Origin: Phyllobates terribilis
Taxonomy: Eukaryota
Assembly (NCBI RefSeq): GCF_046119375.1
Contig: NW_027362769.1
Span: 379,998,001-380,062,000 of the forward strand
Direction of reading: 5' to 3'
Length of the DNA stretch: 64,000 nt
Shown: positions 10,701 through 25,800 of the stretch, in pieces
Numbering within the stretch: the first letter of the stretch is position 1
How the letters are laid out: each line of letters opens with the position of its first letter
Translations under genes and position numbers: made by a program
Notes under the pieces: model-generated
Told to the model about the DNA's origin: nothing
What the model saw: only the letters and a program-made list of their open reading frames with translations
Databases searched by the model: none

Positions 10701-13700
10701 AAAAAAATATACAGTAAGTGTAGTATCGCTGTAAACGTACTGACCCGAAGAATAACGCTGCCTGATCACTTTTACCACACGCAGAACGGCATAAAAAAAA
10801 CCCTCAAAAAACAATTCCTGAATTGTTGGTTTTTGTTAATTTTACCTCCCAAAAAAACGGAATAGAAAGCGATCAAAAAATGTCACGTACCCACAAATGG
10901 TACCAATAAAAATGTCAACTCGTCCCGCAAAAAACAAGCCGTCACATGACTCTGTCGGCCGAAATATGGAAAAATTATAGCTCTCAAAATATGGCGATGC
11001 AAAAACTAGATTTTGCAAAAAAAAAGCGTCTCTTAGTGTGTGACAGCTGTCAGTCATAAAAACCCGATATAAATCTGGTATCTCTGTAATCGCACCGACC
11101 CGAAGAATAAAGTAATCTAATCAGTTATATCACACTAGGAACGGCGTAAAAAAATAAATAAAACCAATTCTTCACCTGCTACTGATTTGTTTATTATGTC
11201 TCCCAAAGATCGCAGTATGGCTCGGCACACATTTATCCTGCGCTCTGCGCTGAGCACTTACGCCAGAGTTTCCATGTAAATCTCTGAAATATGTGATTCA
11301 GACGGAACCCATGACGGAAGATTCCCTGTAATGAGGCAGATATAGGCCACTGTGGATGCCGTCTAGCCTGGGATCCCACGGTGTCATTTGTTTTAGGTGT
11401 GCATAAAAGTGCGGTTGGCCACAGTTTTGTGCACTTCTGAAAAAAAGGACACCGCTAAACAGAGGCCAGACGGAGTCCAGAGTAACTCTGCTGCCTCATT
11501 ACAGTGAATGGATCCCGCAGGGGTTTCATCTGAATTACATCACTTGGAAATTTAGATGGAAACCCCGATGTAAGTGCTCAGCCTAAAGCGCCGGATAAAT
11601 GTTACGTAAAATGTTCCCAATAAAAGCTGCAACTCAGTCCTCAAAAAAAGCTAGTCCCCACTCAGGTCCGTCATCTGTTAAAAATATAAGGGACTTCCAA
11701 GTTACTGGTAGCAGAAAGGCTCTGGAAAAGCAAAATGGCCCTTGCCTCCCAAAAGAAATTCAAAAAATTTTGTGCTCCCAAATCCAAATACCTATTCTAC
11801 AATAATTTGTTCTCCAATTGTCAAATAGCACACCGTCCCCCCCAGATCTCACCGTATGGCTGAGCGGTACGATACCGCCACATATGGGGTATTGGCACTT
11901 TTAGAAGAAATTGTGTGACACATTTCGGCACCATTTTTACATTTTGTCCTGTGTGAAAATGTAAAATCTGAGGGTAAAACATTTTTTTGTGGTAAAAATA
12001 TAATTATGCTTTTTTCACTGCCCAATGGTATAAATTTAAAAATTAAAAAATACTCACTACTTCCCTAGATGAATTCCTTGAGAGGTGTAGTTTACAAAAT
12101 GGGGTCACTTGTGGGGGTTTCTGCTGTTTCGGCATGTCAGCGACTCTTCAAATGTGACACGGTGTCTGCCACCTATCCCAGCCAACATAGCGCTCCTTTC
12201 TCTTCCGAACCCTGCCGTACACCAAAGCAGTGGTTTTCCCCCACATATGGGGTATTGGCGTGTTCAGGAGAAATTGTACAACAATTTTCATGGTGCAATT
12301 TATCCTGTTACCCTTATGATAGTACAAAATTAGGGAAAGGAAAACATTTTTTGTGGGAAAAATGTGAAAATTTTATTTTTATGGCTCAATATTATAAACT
12401 TCTGTGAAGCAGCTGGGGGTGCAAGGTGCTCACCACACATCTAGATAAGTTCCCTAAGGGGTCTAGTTTCCAAAATGGTGTCACTTGTGGGGGGTTTCCA
12501 CTGTTTAGGAACATCAGGGGCTCTCCAAACGCAACATGGTGTCTGCTAATTATTCAGACAAATTTTACATTCAAAAAGTCAAATGGCGCTCCTTCCCTTC
12601 CAAACCCTGCCGTGCGCCCAAACAGTGGTTTTCCCCCACATATGGGGTATCGGCGTGTTCAGGAGAAATTGCACAACAAATTTCATGGTGCAATTTATCC
12701 TATTACCATTATGATAATCGAAAATTAAGGGATGAAAAACATTTTTGTGGGAAAAATTTGAAAATTTTATTTTTACAGCTCAATATTATAAACTTCTGTG
12801 AAGCACCTTGGGGTTCAAGGTGCTCACCACACATCTAGATATGTTCCCTAAGGGGTCTAGTTTCCAAAATGGTGTCACTTGTGGGGGGTTTCCACTGTTT
12901 AGTCACATCAGGAGCTCTCCAAACGCAACATGGTGTCTGCTAATTATTCAGACAAATTTTACATTCAAAAAGTCTAATGGCGCTCCTTCCCTTCCGAGCC
13001 CTGCCGTGCGCCCAAACAGTGGTTTTCCCTCACATATGGGGTATCAGCACGCTCAAGAGAAATTGCACAAAAAATTTTGGGGTCCATTTTTTCCTGTTAC
13101 CCCTGTGAAAATAAAAAAAATTGGGTCTAAAGTAACATTTTTGTGAAAAAAGTTAAATGTTAATTTTTTTCTTCCACATTCCAAAAATTCCTGTGAAGCA
13201 CCTGAAGGGTTAATAAAGTTCTTGAATGTGGTTTTGAGCACCTTGAGGGGTGCAGTTTTTAGAACGGTGTCACTTTTGGGTATTTTCTGTCATAAAGACC
13301 CCTCAAAGTGACTTCAAATATGATGTGGTCCCTAAAAAAATGTTTTTGTAAATTTTGTTTAAAAAATGAGAAATCGCTGGTCAACTTTTAACCCTTATAG
13401 CTCCCTAACAAAAAAAAAATTTTGGTTCCAAAATTGTGCTGATGTAAAGTAGACATGTGGGAAATGTTATTTATTAAGTATTTTGTGTGACATATCTCTC
13501 TGATTTAAGGGCATGAAAATTCAAAATTTTCGCCAAATTTCCGATTTTTTCACAAATAAACGCATGTGATATCAAAGAAATGTTACCACTATCATGAAGT
13601 ACAATATGCCACGAAAAAACAGTCTCAGAATCAGGGGGATCCGTTGAAGCGTTCCAGAGTAATTGCTTCATAAAGTGACAGTGGTCAGAATTGAAAAAAT

Positions 13701-13803
13701 TGGCCGGGTCACGAAGGCAAAAACAGGCTCTGGCGCGAAGTGGTTAAGGAAGAGCTCCAATTTTGTATCAGTTTTGGAATGTAGAAATTCAGCACTCAGT
13801 ATA

Positions 13804-13862
<59 letters not shown>

Positions 13863-16800
13863 CTTCTGATATCTCTCTGCTGCTTTTCAGCACTGTTGCT
13901 CAGTGGGGGTCCGCGTCTTGAGCCCTCCCATTAATTGCATCAGTTCAGGTAATGAGTCATCGTGTCGCTTTGCAGGCGCAGCTGCAACCCAGTTTCCCTC
14001 TTTGATGCAGAAGTGGAGAAATTTTGTCCAAACGATTTCCTGAACATTAAGGTAAGTGTTCCCTCGTGTTTAAGCCTTTTTTTTATCACTTTTCAATTTT
14101 TTCCAAGTGAAGGCTTGCTTTTTTGTTGTTGCAGAAAGGGCTATCTGGCAAATGATACATCTAAATGCCGCTGTCAAAGATTGACAGCAGCATCTAAATG
14201 GTTGACAGCAGCGATCAGATCTCAACTGCATCTGCTCCTGATAGACACAGATGATGGCTGTGTAACAATGCCGGCATTATCCGCTTGTGGATGGAGCTGA
14301 TACATATTTGGTATGGTGGTGATTTACTACTGATATTGATGACCCCGTCTTTAGGAGAGGTCATCATTATCAGATATGTGGTGGTCCGACACCGATAAGC
14401 GCGTGCTCCTCCAGCCTCACTGCTTTCACACATGGGGGTGAGTCACGAATAATTTTTGACGATCTTAAGAATTTTAAAAGTTTTGCAACTTTCATGCAAC
14501 TTTTTGGTGTTTAAAACATGTATGTGCTTGCAGAAAACCCTGGAGCGGGATGTGCGGCAGTGCCAGGCTCTCGTCATATGGACGGATTGTGACCGAGAAG
14601 GGGAGAACATCGGATTTGAAATCATCCACGTCTGCAAAGCAGGTACGGGCTCATCCTCCACGCTCACTTGCCTTTTCGGCGCCTCCAAACATTAACCCCT
14701 TCATCATTTTGTCGGACAGTGAAACCCAATCTTCAGGTATTCAGAGCGCGCTTCTCTGAGATCACCCCCCGATCCATCCGAGCCGCATGCGAGAACCTCG
14801 TCCCACCTGACCAGAACATCAGCGACGCCGTGGATGTACGAATGGAGCTGGACCTTCGAATAGGTGGGCAGCTGGCAATAGTAGGGGTCAGCGTTATTCC
14901 CCTCCAGTCCTGTTACCCCATTGATTTCTGTTTTTTTGTTATTTCAAGGTGCGGCCTTCACCCGCTTCCAGACTCTGCGCCTCCAGAAGATCTTTCCGTC
15001 TGTGTTATCCAGCCAGCTCATCAGCTATGGGAGTTGTCAGTTCCCCACTTTGGGGTTTGTGGTCGAGAGATTTAAGGCCATTCAGGCTTTTATTCCTGAA
15101 GCCTTTTATAAAATCAAGGGTAAGTGAAAAGAATGTGTATGTGACGCTTTCTTCTTTATCTGGGCTCCTTTCTTAAAGGGAACCTGTATTGCAAGCTACC
15201 TAATACAAGACTATATTATTACATGCAGAAATATGCTTCTTTCTACACTTATGAGACACTTTTTTTTCCATCCGCTACCCCCCCAGCCTTATTGAATCAG
15301 CATTCACCCTGAAAAACTGCTAAAATGTGTCTTGGGTAATACAAGATGAATTGCCAGCTCACTGAGGGATCAGATTACAGCTGCCTTTTAAAGTCTATAG
15401 GGAAGTCAGAAATACTATAAGAAAGGCAGACAGACTGCTTGGATAGCAGCTTATTAGTTGGTGTTTTATATCAGAATTCACAGCTACACTGCTCAGTACT
15501 ACTGTATATTGTCCTCAATGCTCCCACTTCTTTTTAGTGTTTTATCTCACCTCTGTTCTGGATTTATAGCTACACTGCTCAGTACTGCTCTGTTGTCTTC
15601 CATGCCACTTTTTTATAGTAAGTGTTTTATTTCTTCTTGGTAATGGATTCATTGCTACATTGCTCAGTACTCCTGTGTTATGTCCTCCATGCTACTTCTT
15701 TCTAGTAAGTGTTTTTTCTCACTTCAGTGCTGGATTCACAGTTACACGGCTGTATGATGCGTACCATGCTGCTTCTTTCTTGTGAACGTTTTATCTCACC
15801 TCAGTGCTGGAGTCACAGCTACACTGCTCAGTGCTGCTGTATGATGTCTTCCCTATTTATTTCTAGTAAATGTTTTTTACCAGTACGTCCATCATAACGG
15901 CACGACAGGAGTTAAGTCCTCTGTTCCTCTAGAGACAGGAAACACATGAGAGGTTAAAAGCCCCCCGCCTCATCACACCCTCAGTGTTTTTCCTGTCCCT
16001 AGCAGGACAGGATGCTAGGAGAGGTTCTCTCTGAAGATGAAAAAATACCTGAGAGCCAGGGGGATCGGGGGGGTCTGAACTCTCCCATTCCTTCGGTCCA
16101 GAGGCTCCATGCTGATACCCCACTGAGCGGGGGTCCCTCAGCCAGAAAACCGCCACCCTGCCGCTCTATGCCCTGGACAGGGGGCTCTGAGCGTTGCGCT
16201 GCCCGCCGGCGTTATCCTGAAGGGCCGGAGGCTGCGTGCGCTCCACGGAGCCTAGACTTCCGGCCGGGATACACCGGGGGGCTGAGTCAGGTAAGCGGAC
16301 ATCCGCTTTGGGCCGGCGTGCGTTCCAGAGTGGAACGCACGCCACGTGGGCTTGTCCTTCCGGATCGATGACGCCGGGAGGCGGGACTTCCGGCGGCCAG
16401 ACCGCTCAGGTGCCCGGAGGCAGTGGTGAGCCTTCAGGGCATGTTCTATAAAACAAATGGCGACAAACAGCGGTTGGGGGCTTGGCCTACTCACCTGGAT
16501 CAGGTAAGACCCTATAAAAGGGTACACCTCAGGCACACACACTCTGACACCATGGAACCCAATCCTACACGGTCAGAAGCCCCTTCAAAGTCCCTGGGCA
16601 GTGTGAGTACAGTCTCAGGCCCTTGCCTGGATAATTGAACCCTGTAATCCAGGGCAGGTCTTTTATTAGCAAATCTCCTGTGTCCTTTTTTTCTGGATTA
16701 GGATAGGGGAGCCCAGAGGTCTGGATCGTCCTCCAAAAAATCAAGAAGATGTGTATCCTTTAACACAGAGGCTGTGTAAAGAATGTATAGCTGAGGTTTT

Positions 16801-19800
16801 AAAGGAAGAAAAAGCTTCCTTTTTGACGGACATGAGATCTATGATCCGTGAGGAGGTCCAGAACACAGTCTCGAGCCTTATACCTTTCCATACACAGCCG
16901 TCATCCCAAATAGTTCAACCCTCTCCTCGCCAGAAAAGACCCAGGTGGGATATGGAAGAGTTGTCTGAGGAAGGAGAATATTTAGACTCCGCATCAGAGC
17001 ACAGTCTGGAAGAGGACGAGGATCGCTTCTCTCAGTTACCCTCACAAGAGAGAAAAAAATATATCTTCTCTGCAGAACATACGGATGAGCTATTAAAGTC
17101 CGTTAGGCATACTATGAACTTGGAAGACAGTCAGGTCTCCCACTCCAGACAAGATGAAATGTTCGCAGGTCTGAGGACTCAGAGAAATAGTGTTCCCTGT
17201 AAATGAGCATTTAAAAGCAATGATTATGGAGGAATGGGAACAAGTGGAGAAAAGACTCATTGTGCCAAGAGACTTTAAATCCAGTCTTCCTTTCAATCCG
17301 GAGGACATCAAACTTTGGGAGGAAATCCCTAAGGTAGACGTCCCAATAGCGAAAGTGGCTAAGAAAACGTCCATCCCCTTTGAAGAGTCGTCTTGCCTCA
17401 AAGACGCAATGGATAGGAAGGCGGAGAGCATGCTCAAAAGGAGTTGGGAAGCCTCAGCAGCCATAATTAAATCTAATATCGCTGCCACTTCAGTGGCAAG
17501 ATCCATGTGCCTTTGGTTGGACGAGCTGTCAGATCTAATTAGGTCTGACTCCCCTGTAGAAATGCTATTCCTATGTTAAAGCTGGTGACACAATTCATGG
17601 CTGATGCCTCGGCTGAGTCGGTCAGATTCGCAGCTAGATGTAGTGTACTATCTAATACCGCTAGACGGGCAATATGGCTAAAAACGTGGTTGGGTGATAG
17701 CCACTCAAAAAATAAGCTGTGCTCAATTCCTTTTTCGGGTACCCGGGTCTTTGGTCCAGTGTTGGACGAGATCCTAGAGAGAGCGTCTGACAAGAAAAAA
17801 GGGTTTCCCGAGGATAGGGTTAAGAGATACCGGCCCTTTCGTGGAACCCGTCGCTCCCCTAAATGTGATTACAGGGGTAAGGGTAAGACAGGGACATGGT
17901 CTTACAGGAAGGGAGGAAAGGACAGAGCAGATCAGGTCTCCTCTGGGGCCCCAGCTAGACCATGACGCCATTGGAGTGGGGGGCAGGCTTCTTTTCTTTC
18001 GGGACAAGTGGGCGTCCATTACAAAAAATCAATGGATCCTGTTTTCCTTAGGGGAAGGTTACAAAATAGACTTTTCCCATACTCCCCCTTCGTCCTCGCT
18101 CCCCCGTAGATCTCAGAAGTCTATGGCAGGATATATTAGTCCTTCAATCCCTACACGTGGTGAAACAGCTCCCCACTTCAGAGCAGGGTTTAGGCCATTA
18201 TTCCTCCCTCTTTTCGGTGTTAAAATCCTCAGGCAAACGCCGTACGGTTATAAACCTCAAGCCCCTAAACCAGTGGGTGGAATACAAAAGGATCAAAATG
18301 GAGACTATAAAAACCAGCATTCCATTGATAGAGAAGGGATTGGTAACGTCCACCCTAGACCTCAAGGATGCATATTACCATGTTCCATTTCACCCAAGTC
18401 ACCAGCAATACCTAAGGTTCGCTTTAGAGCAAGAGACATAGTACACCACTTTTAATTCACTTGCCTACCCTTCGGTCTGTCCTCGGCCCCCCGAATATTT
18501 ACAAAGGTTATGACAGAAGTAGCGGCCTACTTAAGAACACAGGGGATTGTAATCATCCCTTACCTGGACGATATATTGTTGGTGGCAGAGTCAGAGTCTC
18601 TTCTTCTCAGTCAACAAGATCATACGATCAAAACCCTGGAATATTTGGGGTGGAACATCAATTGGGAAAAGTCAAGCCTCCAACCAAGTACCTCAAAGGT
18701 ATTTCTAGGGGGTACTTTTAGATTCCAGTCTTCAGAAGTCCTCCTTTCTTCAGGAGAAACGAGAAAAAATAAAACTGGAGATTTTCAACTTCGAGAAGCG
18801 AAAGACCACCTCAATCAGATACGCCATGCGGATCTTAGGATTGATGACTTCATACATTCCCAGCGTGAAATGGGCACAGGCCCGTTCAAGACCATTACAG
18901 AAATCGATCCTGTCAGTTTGGAACAGACGACCGTCGGGATTAGACAAAAAAATGAGACTGTCAAGGGAGCTAAAAAACTCCCTTTCCTGGTGGACAGACC
19001 CTTCAAACTTAGAAAATTCAATAGACTGGATCCTTCTTCCTTCAATCCAAATCCATACGGATGCTAGCCAAAAGGGCTGGGGAGCAAGCATAGGAAACAT
19101 ATCTACAAGGGATGTGGCCCAAAGAGATACGACACAGGTCGTCAAATTTCAGGGAGCTAAGGGCGGTCTGGGAAACTCTTCAAAGATGTCAACATTTGCT
19201 CAGAGGAAATCACGTAAAAGTTTTCAGAGACAGCAGGACCACCATCTCTTTTCTTCGTCGACAAGGAGGTCCAAGAGGAAAATGGTTACAATCCTTGGCG
19301 GCAAGAATTTTCCACTGGGCGGAGAGAAATGTTCTTTCAATATCGGCTATTCATCTAAGGGGGTCCGAAAACGTGGTAGCAGATTTTCTCAGCAGAGCAA
19401 GAGTTGGTCCCTCAGATTGGGAATTGAATCATCAAATCATTCAATGATGGGGCACCCCGTCCATAGACCTGTTCGCGACCAGAAAAAACAGGAAGCTGCA
19501 GCTCTTTTTCTCCTTGGACCCAGCCGACAGCCCAGAAGGAATAGATGCCCTTTCTCAATCGTGGGGAACAAAACTGGTGTACGCCTTTCCTCCAGTCCCT
19601 CTCATCCCAAGAGTACTAAGGAAAATCCAACAGGAGAGGGGAGCTCTTATCCTGATAGCACCTTACTGGCCCAAAAAGAGCTGGTTTCCTCTGCTACATC
19701 GGATGTCGGTGGATCTCCCATTCAGACTCCCAGCCAGGAAAGATCTTCTGTTGCAGGGTCCCTTGTTACATCCGAACATCCAATTCCTCCAGCTGACAGC

Positions 19801-22800
19801 ATGGAACCTGAGAGCCGGATCCTAGCCTCTAAGGGCCTTTCTCATCGAGTGATTACAACTCTCCAAGCCCGTAGGAAACCAGTAACGTCAGCCATCTATT
19901 CTAGAATCTGGAGACAGATCTGTAGCTTTGCAGGTGAGTCTGTGGGAAATTCGTCTCGCCCCAATATTCCAAAGATACTGGATTTCCTCCAACAGGGGTT
20001 TGATAAGGGTCTGAGGCCAAATACGTTAAAGGTTCATATCTCGGCCCTAAGTACTTTCTTGGACTACTCCTTAATAGACCACCCATGGATATCAAGGTTC
20101 ATAAAAGCAACTTCTCTTTTAAGACCTACGATAAGGAGTCTGGTACCACCGTGGGATCTGAACCTTGTGTTGCGAGCTTTATGTAAGTCTCCCTTTGAAC
20201 CCATGGAAGAAACATCAGTAGACCTGCTCTCTATGAAATCAGCCTTTCTTGTGGCAGTTACTACAGCGAAGCGGGTAGGTGAGATCCAGGCTCTCTCAGT
20301 TCTGGACCCATACCTTAAGATCCTGGAGGACAGATTGGTTCTTAAACTGGATCCCTCCTTTCATCCTAAGGTGGTGTCCAGTACGAACCTGAATCAAGAA
20401 ATAATACTGCCATCTTTCTGCCAGTCTCCCAAAAATGAAAAGGAAAAATCCTTCCATACCTTGGATGTCAGGAGGGCCGTTATTCGGTATATATAGAAGT
20501 CACAGCTCCCTGGAGGAGAGACTCAAACCTTTTTCTGCAATTCTCAGATGTGAATAAAGGCAAGAAAGCTTCTAAGCCGACTCCAGCAAGGTGGTTAACA
20601 AGGACTATCGCCCTCGCATGTGAATCAGAGGGGAAGGATCCACCAATTTCCCTTAAAGCTCATTCCACTCGAGCAATCTCCGCTTCTTGGGCGGAGAAAG
20701 CGGGAGCATCAGTAGGCCAAATCTGCCAGGCAGCAACCTGGTCTAGTATATCCACATTCAGTAAACATTATAAGTTATCGTTCAGTCAACAATTAGCCTA
20801 TGGCCGTAAAGTCCTTCAGGCAGTATTCCCGCCTTAAATGTCCCAATTTTGATTTGGTATGTCTCCTGTCGTGCCGTTATGATGGACGCACTGGTGAAAT
20901 AGGAATTATTCCTACCGTTAATTACGTTTCCAGGAGTCCATCATGACGGCACCATATTCCCCTCCCCTGCTTTTGACACTAATGTGAATGTAACATTGGT
21001 ATGTGTATATAATAAAATAGAGTTGCATCCATCCTGGATGATGATTAGTACAAACACTGAGGGTGTGATGAGGCGGGGGGCTTTTAACCTCTCATGTGTT
21101 TCCTGTCCCTGGAGGAACAGAGGACTTAACTCCTGTCGTGCCGTTATGATGGACTCCTGGAAACGTAATTAACGGCAGGAATAATTCTTATTATGTCACT
21201 TCAGTGCTGGATTCATAGCTACATTGTTCAGTATGGTTCTGTTATGTCTTCTATGCTACTTCTTTGTAGTAAATGTTAGATCTCACCTCTGTTCTGGATT
21301 CACAGTTACACTGATCAGTACTGCAGTATGATTTATTCCCTGCTGCTTCTTTCTAGTAAATGTTTTATCTCACTTCAGTGCTGGATTCATAGCTACACTG
21401 CTCAGTACTGCTCTGTTATGTCTTTTATGCTTTTTTGTAGTAAGTGTTTTAGCTAACCTCTGCTGGATTCACAGCTACATTGCTCGGTACTGCTGTATAA
21501 GGTCAACTCCGCTGCTTGTTTCTAGGAAAAGTTTTATCTCACCTCTGTGCTGGATTCACAGCTACACTGCTCAGTACTGCTGTACAATGTCTTCCCTGCT
21601 GCTTCTTTCTAGTAAATGTTTTATCTCACCTCTGTGCTGGATTCACAGCTACACTGCTCAGTACTGCTGTATAATGTCTTCCTTGCTGCTTCTTTCTAGT
21701 AAATGCAGGATATAGTGGCCAGGAATCATGTTATCGTGTCTGGTGTTACAGCTCATTCAAATTGAGCAGAAAGGCAATACCACACACAATCGGTGCACAG
21801 GTATAACCCTGTTTTTGGAAGAAATCAGACTTTTTTTTTTTCTCTTATCTTGGACAACCCCCTTAAAACTGTTAAAATCTGTTGCTTTTCATAACTCTGT
21901 TATAAGCCTATATACTTATATCACCTTCTTTGGGTTCAGTGACTCATGAACATGAAGACGAGATGGTGGAGTTTAACTGGAAAAGAAATCGTCTCTTCAA
22001 TCATACGGCATGCCTGGTTCTCTATCAGATCTGTATGGAGGTATGGTTCTATCTCTTTAAAGGGTTATACTCATTTTAATAAATGGATTTGGTCAGGATA
22101 GTACATGTAAGAACAAGCACTTTTGCAATTTACTGCTTGTTAAAATTTTCAGCCGTTCTTGAGATATTAAAACTTTTTATTTGTTTACAGCTCGTTGCCT
22201 AGGAAACTCTACCAACGATCATGACGCACATTCTGTTGTCTAGCAGCGGTCGTCTGTCTCCAAGGCAACGAGCTGTAAACAAAAGAAAAGTGTTAAACTT
22301 TTCAGCCGTTCTTGAGATATTATCACGCAGCAAATGGCAAAATTGTATTTACAAGCTCTATCTGACTATATTCATCTGTGAAGATGGTAAATAACACTTC
22401 TACAATCTATGTTCTGTAAATTTATACACCTCTAGACCAAAAGAATGGCTTATTTTGCAAACGTTGGGCCAGTATATGTTTTCAGTAGGCTCCTTATGGA
22501 TTACAATGACAGATAACATCTCTATATACAGCTGATAACACAACATCCACCAACCAGAACAGGTGATGTCACAGCTCACCTCCTCCCCCTCCTGTACAAT
22601 GACTGATAACACCTCTATATACAGTAGATAACACAGGATCCACCATTCACAATAGGTGATGTCACAGCTCACCTCCTCCTCCTGTGCAATGACTGATAAC
22701 ACCTCTATATACAGTAGATAACACAGGATCCACTATTCACAATAGGAGATGTCACAGCTCCCCTCCTCCTCCCTTCACAATTAATTTTGCACACGCTCGT

Positions 22801-25800
22801 TAGATGCATCAATACAAGAGATAGGAGTCTATTCATTGCTGCTAATGTACGTGTGCAATTTTTAAACAGGAATTTTGTGTGAAAATTGCAAGATTTTTAA
22901 AATGGATCATGATACCTATAATTAGAAGGAAAAAAAAGTAACAAAAAATTGCTATAAATAATAAAACGCTGTTTCTTGTTTGTTTTCTAGGATCCCACAG
23001 CTACGGTTGTTCAAGTCGGGAGTAAACCAAAAAGCAAATGGAGGCCGGTGGCGCTGGACACTGTGGTAAGAATACCCGTTTTTACACCAGATCATTGGTC
23101 GCCTACCTGTCGCAATCTAGCTGTTGTAAAACTACAACTCCCAGCATGCTCGGACAGTTGGCTATCAGAGCATGCTGAGAGTAGTAGTTTTGAGAGCAAT
23201 AATGGCTCCGGCCACCGCGCCGCCATTGGAAGCACCGTTCCTTAAAAATGAATCATGTGGGCCTCACCCTAGTAGCTCACTGACTGTCTCCATGCCGAGT
23301 TCACTTATTACTTCTGTGCAGGAAATGGAAAAATTGGTTTCTCGCAAATTGAAAATCGGAGCCAAAGAAACCATGAAGATTGCAGAGAAACTCTACACAC
23401 AAGGGTAAGAGCGGGACCGACCGCAGCAGCGTATCTACGTGACCAGACAAAACCTTTCATTTTATGTTACTCATCGCATTTTCCTTTTTTTTTTCTAACA
23501 GTTATATCAGCTATCCCCGCACAGAGACCAATATTTTTCCTAAAGATCTAAACCTCACAACGCTAGTTGAGCAGCAGATGCCGGATCCCCAGTGGGGAAG
23601 TTTCGCACAACGTATTCTGGAAAGGGGTGGGCCAACTCCAAGAAACGGGAATAAGTCAGATCAGGCCCATCCCCCCATCCACCCCACAAAGTATACCAAC
23701 AGTCTGCAGGTGAGCGTGTAACATCAGACACTTACTAAGAATATAACTACTATAATACTGCCCCCTATGTACAAGAATATAACTACTATAATACTGCCCC
23801 CTATGTACAAGAATGTAACTACTATAATACTGCCCCCTATGTACAAGAATGTAACTACTATAATACTGCCCCTATGTGCAAGAATATAACTACTATAATA
23901 CTGCTCCTATGTACAAGAATATAACTACTATAATACTGCTCCTATGTACAAGAATATAACTACTATAATACTGCCCCTATGTACAAGAATATAACTACTA
24001 TAATACTGCCCCTATGTACAAGAATATAACTACTATAATACTGCCCCCTATGTACAAAAATATAACTACTATAATACTGCCCCCTATGTACAAGAATATA
24101 CCTACTATAATACTGCCCCCTATGTACAGGAATATAACTACTATAATACTGCCCCTATGTACAAGAATATAACTACTATAATACTGCCCCTATGTACAAG
24201 AATATAACTACTATAATTCTGCCCCTATGTACAAGAATATAACTACTATAATACTGCTCCCTATGTGCAAGAATATAACTACTATAATACTGCCCCTATG
24301 TACAAGAATATAACTACTATAATACTGCCCCTATGTACAAGAATATAACTACTATAATACTGCCCCTATGTACAAGAATATAACTACTATAATACTGCCC
24401 CCTATGTACAAGAATATAACTACTATAATACTGCCCCTATATACAAGAATATAACTACTATAATCCTATATCACATTTTCTTGCTCTTACACACAGGGTA
24501 ATGAGCAGCGCCTCTACGAGTTCATTGTGCGTCACTTCTTGGCTTGCTGCTCTCAGGACGCTCAGGGTCAGGAGACCACAGTGGAGATTGACATTGCCTC
24601 TGAGAGGTTTTTTGCTCACGGACTGATGATCATTGCCAGGAATTATCTGGACGTTTACCCCTATGATAAATGGAACACAAAGGTAGGGATTGGAGTATTA
24701 TATTGTGCGCCCCCTGATGGAGTGTTTCTTTTCCCGTCTTGGTAACTAGTTTTGCTGTTCTGTTAGGTAATCCCGGTGTATGAGATGGGGTCCAGGTTTC
24801 AGCCCACCACGGTGGAGATGGTGGATGGAGAAACCAGCCCTCCGCAGCTTCTCACAGAAGCAGATCTCATCTCCTTGATGGAAAAACACGGAATAGGTAC
24901 GTGGCTGCAGAGCAAGGAATAATCAGCACCACAAAGCCTCTAACCTGCCGGTGTCCTCATTGTCTCCTGTAGGGACCGACGCCACCCACGCTGAGCACAT
25001 AGAGACCATTAAGTCCCGTATGTACGTGGGTCTCACACCGGAGCAGAGGTTCCTCCCAGGAGAGCTGGGGATGGGGCTGGTGGAAGGTGAGGATCCGATA
25101 CAGATATTATATCAGTGACATATGAAGGAAATGAGCGGCAATTAAATTAATGAGATACAGATTTTTCACTGCTGTGGATGTGCCATAAATGTCTGATACG
25201 GGTGTCGTCTCTGAGACTTCTACTTAGCCCGCAGAGTCGCGGCTTCTGTAAATGGGGAGGTGGTCACTGACTCCCATGTTCCTCCTCCAGTCACCTACAA
25301 GGCTTATAGCGGCTCCTCCTGCAGCCTCCCGCCACTGTGCGCCGACTCCTGTCCCCTTACACAGCCTCCTGTCTTTTTACCTTGCAGCCTCTCTTCCCCT
25401 CTCCCTGGCTTCTCGTGTCACCTCCTGTCCCCTCCACGACTCCTCGCACAGCCTTCTGGCCTTCTACCCCACAGCCTTCCTTCCCCTCTCCCAGGCTCTT
25501 TGTGCCATCTCTTTTCGCCTCCCCGGCTCCTCACACAGCCTTCTGTCCCTTTACCAAGCTGCATCCTGTCCCCGGCCCTTTCTGCCGCCTCCCGTCCCCT
25601 CCACGACTCTGTGCCACCTCCCGCCACTTCTCATTGCATCATCATCTCCATTCGCTGTCTTCCATCCTTTCCATAGCTTCTTGCGCTGGCTCCTCATGCC
25701 AACTCCTCTGCTTCCACCACCCATCTTCTCCCTGGGCCGTTTCCTATGCCCTCCCTGTCTCTATGGGCCGCCTCCCGTGCCCTCCCTGTTTCTTCGGGCC

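Noticed and set aside
23735-24465. CRISPR-like appearance of 35-36 bp repeats
   Set aside because: Head-to-tail repeats with no unique spacers, in a vertebrate intron, with no cas genes.
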